Notes: generated from the letters alone by a model not told the origin. Shown: positions 19,464-30,183, numbered from the stretch's first letter. The stretch: DNA of 64,000 nucleotides from an uncultured archaeon (GCA_963799775.1 CAWCYD010000003.1:832001-896000), one strand, 5' to 3'. Numbers and translations are program-made.

Positions 19464-21080
19464 TCAGACCACGCCGAACGCCAGGAGAGAGACAAGGGTC
19501 GAGGCCATGAGGATCGGCAACGCGGCCTCGTGCCTCACGGTCTGAGTGAGCATCTTCGAGAGGAGCAACCCAGAGAGGAGCGAGACGGTTGAGACGGACA
19601 GGATGAGCGAGGACTCTGACGCATGGACCGCAAGCAGCGGGATGCCGACAGGGACGTTCTGCTGGGCGAACCCCGCAAGAAGCGAGATCGAGGCGACGGA
19701 GATGACGGGGACGATCGCCCCCACGAGCAAGAACGTGATCATGGACTGGGAGACGCTCTTCCTTGCGTCGACGACGCGCCTGAAGAGAGAGGACAACTCC
19801 TCCAGGTGCTCGAAACCCGCCCCCGTGTCGAACGCGACAGAGAGCATCGCGAAACCCATCCTTACGAGCCATGACGGGTGGGAGACCCTTCTCTGGGCCT
19901 CAGTCGGGACGAGCCCCAGCCTGATCGACTGGTAGAATCTCAGCAGCGGCTCCTTCACCGAGGTGTAGCCGTCCGCAGCGGAGCTCAGCCTCGACAGGGC
20001 CTCGGGGAGACTGACGCCAGCCTTGCTCTCCTCGGAGATGTCGTGCAGCATGGTCGCCACCTCTTCCTCGCCCTTTCGAATGATGGCGTGGTGTTTCCTG
20101 GTCTGGTAGAATCCGATGACGGAGACCGAGAGCGGGACGACGACGTATCCTACGGCGTCGAGCAGCCGGGCCTGGAACGCGACCGTCGCGATCGCCCACG
20201 CGGCGATGGATGCCAGCAGCCAGAGCGTCCGCGGAGGCCGGTCGTAGGCGACGGGTTGGATGGAGTCGGTCAGAAACAGGAAGAACACGGCCATCATCCC
20301 CAGCACGCCGAAGGCGGCGAAGAACAGGTAAGAGGAGGAGAAGCCCGGGACCGAGGCGCCGATCATCTCCAGGCCCACGGGGAAGAGGGCGAGAAGTATG
20401 AACGTCACCTCGGCGAGCGAGCCCATCGACGCGCCGAACGAGGACCACGACTGCTCGAGCTTCTGGAGCTGGAACGAGGTCTCGTGCTGCACGAACTCCG
20501 AGACGTCCTTGCCCGTGCTCAGCGTCTTCAAGAACCCGTGGACGAAGGTCGTTAGCCTCGCGCTGGGGTGCCTCTCGAAGGAGCTCTCCGCGACGGCGAC
20601 CGGGGCTCCCGGCACGAACGCGTCGTCCCTCGCGAGGATCTCGCCCTCTTTCGAGAAGGCCGGGAAGACCTTCGCCCCCATCGCGGCTACCCGCTTGAGA
20701 CCGTCCTGGAGGGTGGGGTTGGCCTCGTGCGAGAAGACGGAGAGGGTCATCAGGAGGAATGGGAGTTCCGCGTCGACGGCCCGTCGCCTCGCGTTCGACC
20801 TGGAGAGCAACCAGACCACCGGCATGAGCTGCATCAACGCCAGTCCGCAGACGATGAGCCCGGCCTGCTCGAGCGGGACACAGACGAGCGCCAGCAGCTC
20901 GAGAGGCGCTGCGAGAACGAGGAGCGAGACGACGAACCTGGAGTACGTCCTGGGCGACATGAAGACCGACGCGGCCGAGAGCATCGGGCCTAACCTGGCC
21001 TGGAGTCGCCCGGCGAGGGCCGGGAGCGGGCAGATGGAAGCCAGGCGGTTCACCACGGCCTCCGTGGTTGCGGATTGCAC
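19464..21080 (-). CDS. Type IV pilus membrane platform (TadC/FlaJ, T2SS F family)
   Basis: VDAELPFLL, ESKAGVSLPEAL; two T2SSF-like domains separated by TM helices; in operon with pilins and ATPase. Confidence 0.85.
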   Translation of the reverse strand: MQSATTEAVVNRLASICPLPALAGRLQARLGPMLSAASVFMSPRTYSRFVVSLLVLAAPLELLALVCVPLEQAGLIVCGLALMQLMPVVWLLSRSNARRRAVDAELPFLLMTLSVFSHEANPTLQDGLKRVAAMGAKVFPAFSKEGEILARDDAFVPGAPVAVAESSFERHPSARLTTFVHGFLKTLSTGKDVSEFVQHETSFQLQKLEQSWSSFGASMGSLAEVTFILLALFPVGLEMIGASVPGFSSSYLFFAAFGVLGMMAVFFLFLTDSIQPVAYDRPPRTLWLLASIAAWAIATVAFQARLLDAVGYVVVPLSVSVIGFYQTRKHHAIIRKGEEEVATMLHDISEESKAGVSLPEALSRLSSAADGYTSVKEPLLRFYQSIRLGLVPTEAQRRVSHPSWLVRMGFAMLSVAFDTGAGFEHLEELSSLFRRVVDARKSVSQSMITFLLVGAIVPVISVASISLLAGFAQQNVPVGIPLLAVHASESSLILSVSTVSLLSGLLLSKMLTQTVRHEAALPILMASTLVSLLAFGVV

Positions 21081-21131
21081 TACCCCTAAGGAAGGTTTCG
21101 CTTAAAAGCGGCAACGCAGTCGCGGGGCGGC

Positions 21132-21752
21132 GTGTATTACCAGCTGCTGATGCTGGCCTCGTTCCTACTCGCTGGCTACCAGGACGCACGCGAGCGGCTG
21201 GTCTCGGACTACTACTGGATCCCCGGGATAATCGCCGTCGTCCTCGTCGTCGTCTTCCTGCCCTCGATGGACTTCCTCCTCGTCGCGAGGATAACCCTGA
21301 TAGGGGTCATCGCCTTCGCCTTCACCTGGTTCGGGTTCATCGGTCAGGCGGACGCGATAGCGCTGGCCTTGATCTCCTCAGACCCCACCCCTTACGCCCC
21401 CATCCCCGTCCTCCTTGCCACCGGAGCGGTCGCGATAGCCCACATCGGGTATCTCTACGTTTCCGGCACTGCTAGGAAGGCTCACCTCATTACGCTCGAG
21501 GAGTTCAGGACCCAGGCGAAGTGGATACCAAAGGCGCTCGTCATCAACGGCGAGCGCCGCGAGATAACGAACGACGTGAACGTCTCCAGGGAGCTGGCCG
21601 AGGAGCACGCGGATTCGGGCCCGAAGGACTCCACCACGATGGTGGAGGTGCAGTACGGCGTGCCTCAGGTGACCTACATCACGGCGGGGGTCGTCATCTA
21701 CTACGTCTACCTTTTGATCTTCCAGCCGCACATGTTCTTCGCCTTCCCCTAG
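21132..21752 (+). CDS. A24 prepilin peptidase (PibD/FlaK-like)
   Basis: YQDARERLVSD and FIGQAD aspartate motifs, C-terminal VQYGVPQV; divergent from the pilus operon. Confidence 0.8.
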   Translation: MYYQLLMLASFLLAGYQDARERLVSDYYWIPGIIAVVLVVVFLPSMDFLLVARITLIGVIAFAFTWFGFIGQADAIALALISSDPTPYAPIPVLLATGAVAIAHIGYLYVSGTARKAHLITLEEFRTQAKWIPKALVINGERREITNDVNVSRELAEEHADSGPKDSTTMVEVQYGVPQVTYITAGVVIYYVYLLIFQPHMFFAFP

Positions 21753-21772
21753 GCGAAGCCCCGACCTCGCGT

Positions 21773-22574
21773 TCACGCGTCGAGCTTGATGAGCTCGAAC
21801 TCGCAGTATTTGCCGCCCATCGCGATGCACTGGGTCTCGGTGCACCTCATGGGGACGCCGAGCCCGAAAGGTGCCCTCTGATCCACTCGCTGTTCGGCAT
21901 CTTTGTGTGCTTGCCCTGGCACTCTATGTTGTCATATATCGTGACGATGAAATGGAGCGAGTCGAAGTCCGCGATCACCAATTCGGCTCGGCCTATCCCG
22001 TTGGCGCTGTAGAGCTTCAGCGCCTCGTTGATGAAGCGCTTGAGGTCGCCTTTGATTATCGCCTGAATGGATCCGGCTGCCAATGCGCCCATCGCGAAGC
22101 CTTCCTGGTACGAAATGACCGTCCCGCCAGAGCCGAACTGCTCGCCCATCGCTGAGAGCATCCTCTGGAGCACGTCCTGGCCGATGAGCAGGGCTTACTC
22201 CTCGCGGTTGTCACGATCGGGAAGAAGAGATCGTCGACAATGAAGTCGCTCCCGCCTGCGATCCGCAGGTCTTCGAGGAAGTCGAGCTCGGACAGAAAGA
22301 GTCTGAGCCCTTCTCTGGTGACAGCGTAGTCGGGACAATCGAGAAAGACGTTCCATTTGCCGCCCTTCTGGTCGATGTCAGTCACGTTGCAGCTGAGGAT
22401 GAGGATCCCCTTCTTCTTCAGAACCGAAAAGAGCTTCGACAAGGCGGCCTTTGCCAACTCCGCCTTGAAGGCCACCTGGAAGAGCCTATGGCCGGGCTTG
22501 TAGATCACCGTGACAAGTTCTCTTGCCCCGAAAGGCACGGTCGGACCCGCAAGCTCTGCACTCGTCTTTGCCAT
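21773..22574 (-). CDS. ACT-like plus V4R domain protein, two frameshifts (about 22195 and 21865)
   Basis: ILILSCNV N-domain, GIGRAEL, DNIEC..WIRGHLSG, C-terminal CTETQCIAMGGKYCEF V4R Cys motif. Confidence 0.8.
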
Positions 22575-22701
22575 TCTTGCAAAGAAAATCGCGCAGGGCC
22601 AGTATTTGTGTGATTGGGCGTTTTCCATAGATGAGAATGGCAAGTTCGCTCGAGGCAGAACAGTAAAATGCTCAGCCCAGTCGCGGTCGTGCCAGAAAGC
22701 A

Positions 22702-23520
22702 ATGACAAACTGGGAGTCCATCCTGAAGGAGGCAGGCGAGCAGGTGCAGAGCATCGCGGACCAGTACAAGGGAAGGAAGAGCGGCCTAGAGGCGATGGGC
22801 CAAGGGGCGGGAGGCGACATCACGATGAAGGTGGATGCTGACGCGGAGAAGGCGATCATGGACATCATCAAGGGCCAAGTCGAGGACGTGAGGTTCGTCA
22901 CCGAGGAGGCGGGGGTTGTCGGTCCCGCGGGCGCTTCTTGGATTGTGATCATCGACCCGATCGATGGCTCAGGCAATTACGCAAGGAGGCTGCCCTTCTA
23001 CTGCACCTCGATAGCGGTCCTTGACGGGCCGACGCTGAACGAGGCGAAGCACGGGCTGGTCCGCGACCTCGTCAGCGAGGAGACGTATTACGCGGAGCGG
23101 GGAGCCGGAGCTGAGAGGGACGGGACGCCGATTAGCACGTCGAAGGCGAAGAACCTCAAGGACTCCTGCGTCGGGATCGACATGTCCAAGGCCCCGAGGG
23201 CGACCGTGGAGAGGCTCGTCCCGCTGATAGCGGCGGTGAGGAAGCCGGCGCACCTTGGAGCGAACGCGCTGGAGATGGCCTTCCTGGCGGACGCGAGGAT
23301 AGACGCGTTCGTGGACATGCGCGACAGGATGAGAGTGGTGGACTTCGCCGCAGGCTACCTGATCGCGAAGGAGGCGGGGGCCGTCATGTCCGACCCGCAG
23401 GGAGGGCCGATCAACACGAAGATCTCGCTCGAGGAGAAGTTCAACGTCGTCGCCTCGTGCAACGCCACGCTGCACGAGAAGATCCTGAACCTGATCAGCC
23501 AAGCAAGCGAGCACGCCTAA
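22702..23520 (+). CDS. suhB: Inositol monophosphatase / FBPase (SuhB family)
   Basis: VTEE, IDPIDGS, LGANALE, VDFAAG motifs. Confidence 0.92.
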   Translation: MTNWESILKEAGEQVQSIADQYKGRKSGLEAMGQGAGGDITMKVDADAEKAIMDIIKGQVEDVRFVTEEAGVVGPAGASWIVIIDPIDGSGNYARRLPFYCTSIAVLDGPTLNEAKHGLVRDLVSEETYYAERGAGAERDGTPISTSKAKNLKDSCVGIDMSKAPRATVERLVPLIAAVRKPAHLGANALEMAFLADARIDAFVDMRDRMRVVDFAAGYLIAKEAGAVMSDPQGGPINTKISLEEKFNVVASCNATLHEKILNLISQASEHA

Positions 23521-23597
23521 TCCTTAGGCGGCTTACGTTCGAGGCGGACGAGAAGAGATCGCGGAATCAAACGTATAACTCGCCCTCTTCGATTGAC

Positions 23598-24209
23598 TTG
23601 CGCTTGAATCCGCGACCTGAAACCTCTAAGGTAAGGGGCAGGGCATTGGTCATTATTGGAATAGTGGTCGTTGTATTGGTGATAGCCGTGGCCTACAGTG
23701 GGTTCGGCTTCAGCTCAACTCGAGCGAGCTTCTCCAGCTCGTCGACCCTCTCGTCAAGCTCGCCCATCCCCGCGACGGCCTCATATGAGGAATCCGCGTC
23801 CAACTCCACCGTGCCTTCCGGCGGTCTCAACATATCCAACATGTTCGCCGACGTGATAGCCTACAGTCTCTCCACGCCCACTAGCAACTCGTCATCGATA
23901 GCCGACGGGAGCACCTTCCATGGGTCTCCGGGAGAGACGATCTCGGTCCTTTTCGTGGTTGTCTACCAGGACTGCTCCCTCCAATGCCCAAGCGAGATCA
24001 CCTCTGTGACTGCCTCTACGCCAGGTTTCACGGTCACTGGAACCGCTCCCTCACTTCCGGTCCCCTTCCAAGGGTGCGGGTACATCTGCTCAGACGCCTC
24101 GCCTTCGATGGTGGCCCCGGAAGGCAAGCAAGTCGCGGTCACTGTGAATGTCCTGACCCCTTCAACACCCTACGAGGGCACTCTAACGCTCGTTGCTCAA
24201 ACGGCCTAG
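23598..24209 (+). CDS. Hypothetical membrane-anchored extracellular protein
   Basis: N-terminal TM, Ser-rich linker, beta-rich domain with two Cys pairs. Confidence 0.65.
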   Translation: MRLNPRPETSKVRGRALVIIGIVVVVLVIAVAYSGFGFSSTRASFSSSSTLSSSSPIPATASYEESASNSTVPSGGLNISNMFADVIAYSLSTPTSNSSSIADGSTFHGSPGETISVLFVVVYQDCSLQCPSEITSVTASTPGFTVTGTAPSLPVPFQGCGYICSDASPSMVAPEGKQVAVTVNVLTPSTPYEGTLTLVAQTA

Positions 24210-24220
24210 CAGAGTTGTGC

Positions 24221-24814
24221 TCAACCTCTCACCCAGTCGGATCTCGCGAAGTCCTGCAGGCTCCGGAAGAGAGCGTCGGCGGCTGGATGGTCCGGCTTGT
24301 TCCTGATCATCACGAACCTTACGCCTACCGCCCTAGCAGCGTTCAGATCGTTTATCCTGTCCCCGACAAAGTACGCCTCCTCGTCCCGCGACTCGAGCTT
24401 CTCGAGCGCCATCCTGAGCTGGGTCGGCCTGTCCATCGAGTCCTCGCGGGTGAAAGTGGAACCAAAGTAGCGGTGGATGTCCAACCTGTCGAGAATCTGA
24501 TCGCAGGCGAGTCTTCCCTGCATCGTGACAAGTGAGAGCTTCGCCTTCTTGGATAGAGTCACCAGAGCCTCCACCGCTCCCTCAGCTAGCTTTGCCCGCG
24601 GGATCGCCTTTGCCTCGTAGTCGTCGATGGTCCGCATGATGGGACCGAGCAGAATGGGATCCTTGGCGACCAAGGTCTGCACGTCCAAGAAGAACGGGCT
24701 GAACTTGAGGTCGGTCCCGGTGAGCTTCCGGAGCTCTTGACGCACCTCGTGCCACTCTACCGGGAGGCTGATGAGCGTCTCATCAAGGTCGAAGACGACG
24801 TACCTGCCGCCCAC
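24221..24814 (-). CDS. HAD-superfamily phosphatase
   Basis: FDLDETL motif I, VT motif II, VGDRIND motif IV. Confidence 0.9.
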   Translation of the reverse strand: MGGRYVVFDLDETLISLPVEWHEVRQELRKLTGTDLKFSPFFLDVQTLVAKDPILLGPIMRTIDDYEAKAIPRAKLAEGAVEALVTLSKKAKLSLVTMQGRLACDQILDRLDIHRYFGSTFTREDSMDRPTQLRMALEKLESRDEEAYFVGDRINDLNAARAVGVRFVMIRNKPDHPAADALFRSLQDFARSDWVRG

Positions 24815-24826
24815 GTTCGGGCCCGA

Positions 24827-25912
24827 CTACAACACCTTCTGCTTTGACCCGTCGTCTTCCCGCCACAGGTAGGCGCCCACGTCCATGTCCCTCAGGAGGT
24901 AGTAGCCCTCCGGGATGAGGTCAGTCTGCGGGGGCATGTCCTTCACGTCCTCGCCCATCCCGAGCCTCACGTAGAGGTCCGCGAGGTTCGCGTACTGGGG
25001 GAGGCCTAGGTGCGTGACCGCGATGTAGCCCCACAGGGGCATCGTGGAGTGGAACTTGCCGGCGTCGACCTCTGTGATGCAGGGCTTGCCGGTCGAGGAC
25101 TCCTTGACGTCGACCGAGTAGGCGCCGTTGGGCCTGGGGTCGATCGCTTTCACCGCTCTCTGACCGAGTTCGTTCAGGCCCGGATAGCGGATTGTCCTCG
25201 AGACCGAGGGGGTCCCGGTTATCCCTGACGGCGAGATGTGCTTGAAGGGATACTCGAGCCTCTCGCGCGAGAACGAGGTCACGAGGTCGCCGTCCTTCCA
25301 GATGCTGTCCCATGCGATGTTCCTCCCGGGCAGGAATTCCTGGAGGATGAACTCGTCGTAGCCCGCCGCCCCCCTCTTCACCCAGAGCTCCACCCAGAGG
25401 CTGGCTTCTGCAGCGTTTTGGCAGAGCAGGCTCAGCCTTCCTCCCGCCCCGCGCCTCGCGCGCACCCAGAGGGGCCTTCCGAGCTTGGAGAAGGCCTTTC
25501 GGATGTCGCCCTTGCTGGTGATGAAGACCGTCTTCGCCACTGGCACCGCCTTCGCCTCCAGCTTCTTCTGGGAGAGGAGCTTGTCCTGCCCTACCCGCAT
25601 CACGCTCGCGGGGGGCAGAAAGACCTTGCACGGGACGCGCTCCCTCTTGCTCGAGATGACGTAGGCCTCGCTCGACGGCTGGGGGTGGAGGAAGTCGGCG
25701 TTCTCCTTCTTCGCGATCTCGGCCACCCGCGAGACGAAGTCGCGGTCGCTGTGCCGAGGAGTGAGATACCTGGCGTCGACGTCGGGATAGAGCAGGTGGT
25801 ACTTGTTGAAGTCCGTCCCGACGATGTAGTAGTCCCTGTGCGAGGCCCTGAGAGCGCGGACAAAGTTGACGCCCGCAAGCCCCCCCGACCCGGTCACCAC
25901 GACGCGCGTCAT
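24827..25912 (-). CDS. ATP-grasp domain protein (CarB-like carboxylate-amine ligase)
   Basis: MTRVVVTGSGG N-domain, QDK, RRGAGGR loop, LQEFLPG, CITEVDAG. Confidence 0.85.
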   Translation of the reverse strand: MTRVVVTGSGGLAGVNFVRALRASHRDYYIVGTDFNKYHLLYPDVDARYLTPRHSDRDFVSRVAEIAKKENADFLHPQPSSEAYVISSKRERVPCKVFLPPASVMRVGQDKLLSQKKLEAKAVPVAKTVFITSKGDIRKAFSKLGRPLWVRARRGAGGRLSLLCQNAAEASLWVELWVKRGAAGYDEFILQEFLPGRNIAWDSIWKDGDLVTSFSRERLEYPFKHISPSGITGTPSVSRTIRYPGLNELGQRAVKAIDPRPNGAYSVDVKESSTGKPCITEVDAGKFHSTMPLWGYIAVTHLGLPQYANLADLYVRLGMGEDVKDMPPQTDLIPEGYYLLRDMDVGAYLWREDDGSKQKVL

Positions 25913-27161
25913 CTTCCTCGCTTGCCTCCCGAGAACCCCAGCTTGAACCCTGCGCCCGAGGGCGACACCAGGGTGACCCCTCCCCTCTTCGTGGTGGTTC
26001 CAGACGCCACCTGCATGCGCACCCCGGCTTCCGTCTTTGCCACCAGCGTGAGTCTCTTCGGCGGAACTCGGGAGAACCTGAATCCTCTCCCATCTCCGTC
26101 GAACCTCAGCGGGGCAGCTCGCGGGCCCTCCACCAGGTCGCGATGTCCTCTCCGCTCCCCACGAAGACATCTTTCCTCCGACCCAGCTCCTTCAGGATGT
26201 CCCAGTAGATCCTCCCGCCCCTCATCCGCACGGCCTCTTGGTGCCAGAGCAGAGTGAATAGACCTTCGACCTCTTTCACCATCCCCATCGCCTTTCGGAC
26301 GTCCTCGTGCCCCTCCTCCTCGCTCTTCTTCAGGTATCCCCACAGCGTGGTGTCCATCAGCGACAACGGGAGCTCGAGCAGCCTCATCGGCCTCCATTGC
26401 TCGTCGGGAGGGTGGAACGGCGTGGCGAGCCCGAGCTTGAACCCTAGCTTGTCGTTGTTGCCCACCGTGGTGTCGTAATCGAAGCCGCAGTCTTCGAATA
26501 TCTTCCATGACTTCGCCCAGTCGAACCTGAGGTAGTGCTCCCTCAAGCCTACGGGGCGGATTCCCAAGCCCTTGGTCAGCCTCTCGACGGCTTTCTTCAT
26601 CTCCCGCTCCGAGTCGTGCGTCCCAAAGTCGCCGTGCAGCCCGATCTCCCACCCCTTGGAGCGAAGCCTCGAGGCCGGCTTCCTCACCTTCTCGAGCGAG
26701 TACTCTGCCGAGAGGAAGTAGAAGCTGGAACGGAGGCCTTGGGCCGCTTCCTTCTCCCCGATGAGCTCGATGTTGTCGTAGAGCGAAAGTTGCCCCTTCT
26801 CAGCCTTTGCAAAGTCGGCAGGGCTGAATCGCTCCCGCGTCTTCAGGGCATGTTCCCACGGATGCTCGATGTTGTCCACGTCGTGGGTGAGGCAGACGGC
26901 GAAGCTCTTCGCGTCGGGCCACCGGGCCTTGCGGACGAAGAAGCCTTCGTCCTCGAGTCGCGCATCCTCGAGCTCGCGGAGGAAGGCGAGGGTCCGGGTC
27001 TCGATCGAAGGAGTCGCCGAGTCCTTCGGAGGGGCGCCCCTCATCACGGATGACAGCTCGTCCACGATGTCGCTTGGGACTTCATCTGGGCGGAGCGACC
27101 TGGAGACCAGGCCCAAGCTGCTCTCGAGAAAGTCTGCGGCGAATTGCGATCGGGCGGTCAA
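25909..27161 (-). CDS. Polysaccharide deacetylase (CE4/NodB-like), frameshift near 26115
   Basis: CLTHDVD, EIGLHG, REHYLRF, YDTT, LWHQ. The shifted C-terminus ends at 25909 in an ATGA overlap with the ATP-grasp gene. Confidence 0.85.
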
Positions 27162-28126
27162 CTTGCCTCGGTCCCCTGTCGAACGGGGGGGAAGATGTGG
27201 GCCAGGTGCGCCTCTATCTTTCGCTGCACGCCCTCGAACGGGGCCGTCGCGTCGACCACGGGATAGCCCCTCTTCTTGGCCAGGCTGAGATATTCTTGTC
27301 TCTCAGACTCGAGCACCTCTCTTGGATAGTGGATGTGGGCCACCCTCTCGTCGATGACCTGCAGTGACCTCTCGACCGGGACGTCGAGTATGATGGCGAA
27401 GGCAGGCCTGGGCGAGAGGTAGAGGCCCGAGATGGGCCGGACGGGATACCCCAAGGCCTTGTACTTGACGTAGGTGCTCCAGATGAACCTGTCGTAGATG
27501 ACGACCTTGCCCTCGACCCTGCAGCCTAGCGAGCTGGAGATCTGTAGTATCAGGTTGTCAAGCAAAGAGGCGACGGGCCTGAGCGGGTTCCCGCCGCGCC
27601 TGAAGCGGAATCGCTCGGGGACGCCCTGGCTGACGCTGCTTGGTGACTTTTCAGGGGGCGGAGCGAGGCGCTCGACGAATAGATACCTGTGAAACGGCAT
27701 GACGCTGCAGGAGTATCCCCTCGCCTCGAGCCACTCTCCCGTGGCCGTGGAGTGCGAGGACTTGCCTGCGCCGTCGATCCCTAGCAGGGCCACGGAGCCG
27801 CCTTTTTGCCCTGTCGAGAGCGCGTGGAGTGCCCTCCTTTGCGACTCGTCGTTGAGGTAGACGCCCGCGAAGAGGAGAAGGATTCCCGAGGCGGGGAAGA
27901 TGAAGGCGTGGACGAGGGTCACCAGATATCCTCCGAGCGACGCGAGGAAGACGCGAAGCGCGTTCGGGAGGTCGTTGAGCGGGTCGAGGTGCTTCGCGAA
28001 GCTCATCGCTATCCCATAAGCCGCGAACGCTGCTCCGAAGAATAGGGGAAGGAATATTCCAGCAGGCCGGAGGAGAAGCGAGAGCGCAAGGGACGCCAAG
28101 AAGAAGATGAACGAAATCAGCTTCAT
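27158..28126 (-). CDS. Thymidylate-kinase-like P-loop protein with N-terminal 4-TM domain
   Basis: GIDGAGKSS P-loop, IYDRF, IILDVP, VVDAT; four hydrophobic helices at the N-terminus. Confidence 0.8.
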   Translation of the reverse strand: MKLISFIFFLASLALSLLLRPAGIFLPLFFGAAFAAYGIAMSFAKHLDPLNDLPNALRVFLASLGGYLVTLVHAFIFPASGILLLFAGVYLNDESQRRALHALSTGQKGGSVALLGIDGAGKSSHSTATGEWLEARGYSCSVMPFHRYLFVERLAPPPEKSPSSVSQGVPERFRFRRGGNPLRPVASLLDNLILQISSSLGCRVEGKVVIYDRFIWSTYVKYKALGYPVRPISGLYLSPRPAFAIILDVPVERSLQVIDERVAHIHYPREVLESERQEYLSLAKKRGYPVVDATAPFEGVQRKIEAHLAHIFPPVRQGTEAS

Positions 28127-28230
28127 CTTCAAGGAGCGATATCCATCTCTCGTGCTGTCCCTGCAAGACGCCCTAATTATCTCCACGCGCGCAGCGTATA
28201 CGCTAAAATATCGCCTTGACATCATGTTTC

Positions 28231-28422
28231 ATGAGCGAAAGAGTGCCACTCTCCAAAACCGAGGAGCAACTGCTCGACTACATCCGGACCAACACCGAGT
28301 CAGGAAGGACAGTCTGGCTCAGCGAGGCCATTGAGGCGCTCGGATTGAACCCTCCAGAGGCCGTCCACGGTGCAAAGAGACTGGAAACTCTCGGACTTTT
28401 GAAACCAAAGCCGAGTGAGTAG
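28231..28422 (+). CDS. Small winged-helix-like hypothetical protein
   Basis: 63 aa, LLDYI..LSEAIEALGL..AKRLETLGLL wHTH pattern; TATA-like sequence upstream. Confidence 0.6.
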   Translation: MSERVPLSKTEEQLLDYIRTNTESGRTVWLSEAIEALGLNPPEAVHGAKRLETLGLLKPKPSE

Positions 28423-28425
28423 GTC

Positions 28426-28599
28426 GTGTCCGTCGCAGGACGCACTTTTGCCATCGACATAGAGGGCCGGAAGATCGTATGCTACTCGGGCCGAGAACCT
28501 CAGGTGAACAATTTTGACAGACTGCGGCGAATAGAATATGAGTTTTCGGTTGTCTTGGACGGCGACCTGAACTACTGCTTTGTGGACATCCCATATTGA
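28426..28599 (+). CDS. Small hypothetical protein (57 aa), below the ORF-track cutoff
   Basis: GTG-start ORF VSVAGRTFAIDIEGRKIVCY...FVDIPY* directly after the wHTH gene. Confidence 0.4.
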   Translation: MSVAGRTFAIDIEGRKIVCYSGREPQVNNFDRLRRIEYEFSVVLDGDLNYCFVDIPY

Positions 28600-28680
28600 G
28601 GAAGCTCATAAGCGCCAAAGCGTAACGGAAGGAGTCACGCCAAAATTCTTATCCACTAACGCCAAAGCCAACACGACCGA

Positions 28681-30183
28681 GTGACCGCCTCCATCTCCCT
28701 TCGAAGGACCGGCCTCGTCGTGTTCGCGGCGAGGATAGCCAGCATCTTCTCGGGGCTAGTCTTCCTGGTGATGATGACGCGGTCGCTCTCCGACCAGCAG
28801 TTCGGGCTGTATGAGGTTATCACGGACATCGTGACCTTCGCCGCTTACCCCGCGGGCCTCGCCGCCTTCTGGGCGACGCGAGACATCGCCCGCGGCAAGA
28901 TGTCGGGGAGGACGGCGGTCGTCCTCAACCTCGCTCTCAGCTCGCTCGGTATTGTGTTCTACCTCGCCCTCTCCTACTTCAGCGCCGCGAAGATCTCGTC
29001 GGCGAGCATCGACACCCTCCTCTTCGCCGTCATCCTCGTCCCCGTGGCGTACTTCAACCAGGCCGCGAACGCGGTCGTGCAGGGGCACAGGCCCGTGGTC
29101 CTAGGATACGCGGTGATCTTCTCGGAGGCGGCGAAGCTCCTGGTGGCGTATCCGCTCCTCATCGTCTACAAGGTGGGAATCGAAGGCGTGATCGTGGCCG
29201 TGCTGGTCGCGAACATCGCGCAGGGGGTCTCCTCGGTAGCCCTGGCGGGCGACGCCCTCGCGGACCCTCTGAGCGCGCAGCAGGCGAAGAGGTGGCTGGG
29301 GAACTCGTGGCTCCCCCTCCTCACGTCCCTCCCGATAGTCCTAGGCATCGCCGACACCTACGTCGCGTCGCTCGCCGAGTCGAGCACGGTCCTTGTCGGC
29401 CACTATCAGGCCGCATATTCTGTCGCCAGCTTGGCGGGCTACTCGCTATATCTCGCGGCTGCCATGTATCCTCTTCTGCTGAAAGGAGGCAGCGACGAGG
29501 TCACATCGATGACCCTGGACCTGGCTCTCGCGTTCGGGATCCCCATGGCCGTCGGGGCCGCGGTCCTCGCGCGCCCGGTCCTCCGCCTGCTCAACCCGCT
29601 CTCCCTCTACGTCGACGCGAGCACCGCCCTGGGCTTGCTCGCGATAGCGTCTTTGGTGAACACGGTCTCCGTGCTCTTCGACTGGACGCTCCTCGGCAGG
29701 GACAGGGTTGACGTGGACGAGTCGGCCACCTTCCGTGACTTTTTGCGTAGCAACATCTTCTTCGTCGCGAAGGTGGACCTGACGATCAGCGCGGTCTATC
29801 TCGCGGCCGTCTACCTGACCGTCACCTATTCGAGGATGGCGGGCCTCGCGATCGGGCCTACCCTCGACATCTGGGCATCGGCCCAGCTCGCGGTCTTCAC
29901 CTTCTTCATCTTCGTCAAGATGGCAAGGATCAAGAGCATGGGGAAGCTCGCCATCCCTCGCTCCATCGGCTACTACGTGGCCGGGGCCGGGATAATGGCG
30001 GTGGTCCTCTATGCGCTCGAGCCTCTGGTCGACCTCCACCATGGCGCCTTCTTCCTCGCTGGAGAGCTGGTGGCGGCCAGCGTGGTGGGCGTCTCCGTCT
30101 ACGGGGCCTTTGTCCTCGCGCTCGACAAGGAGATGAGAGGCTTCATCCGCAGGGCCTTGAGAGAGACCCTCGCAGGGCCTTAG
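28681..30183 (+). CDS. Polysaccharide flippase (Wzx/MOP superfamily)
   Basis: About 12-14 TM, TRSLSDQQFGLY, VGHYQAAY. Confidence 0.85.
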   Translation: MTASISLRRTGLVVFAARIASIFSGLVFLVMMTRSLSDQQFGLYEVITDIVTFAAYPAGLAAFWATRDIARGKMSGRTAVVLNLALSSLGIVFYLALSYFSAAKISSASIDTLLFAVILVPVAYFNQAANAVVQGHRPVVLGYAVIFSEAAKLLVAYPLLIVYKVGIEGVIVAVLVANIAQGVSSVALAGDALADPLSAQQAKRWLGNSWLPLLTSLPIVLGIADTYVASLAESSTVLVGHYQAAYSVASLAGYSLYLAAAMYPLLLKGGSDEVTSMTLDLALAFGIPMAVGAAVLARPVLRLLNPLSLYVDASTALGLLAIASLVNTVSVLFDWTLLGRDRVDVDESATFRDFLRSNIFFVAKVDLTISAVYLAAVYLTVTYSRMAGLAIGPTLDIWASAQLAVFTFFIFVKMARIKSMGKLAIPRSIGYYVAGAGIMAVVLYALEPLVDLHHGAFFLAGELVAASVVGVSVYGAFVLALDKEMRGFIRRALRETLAGP

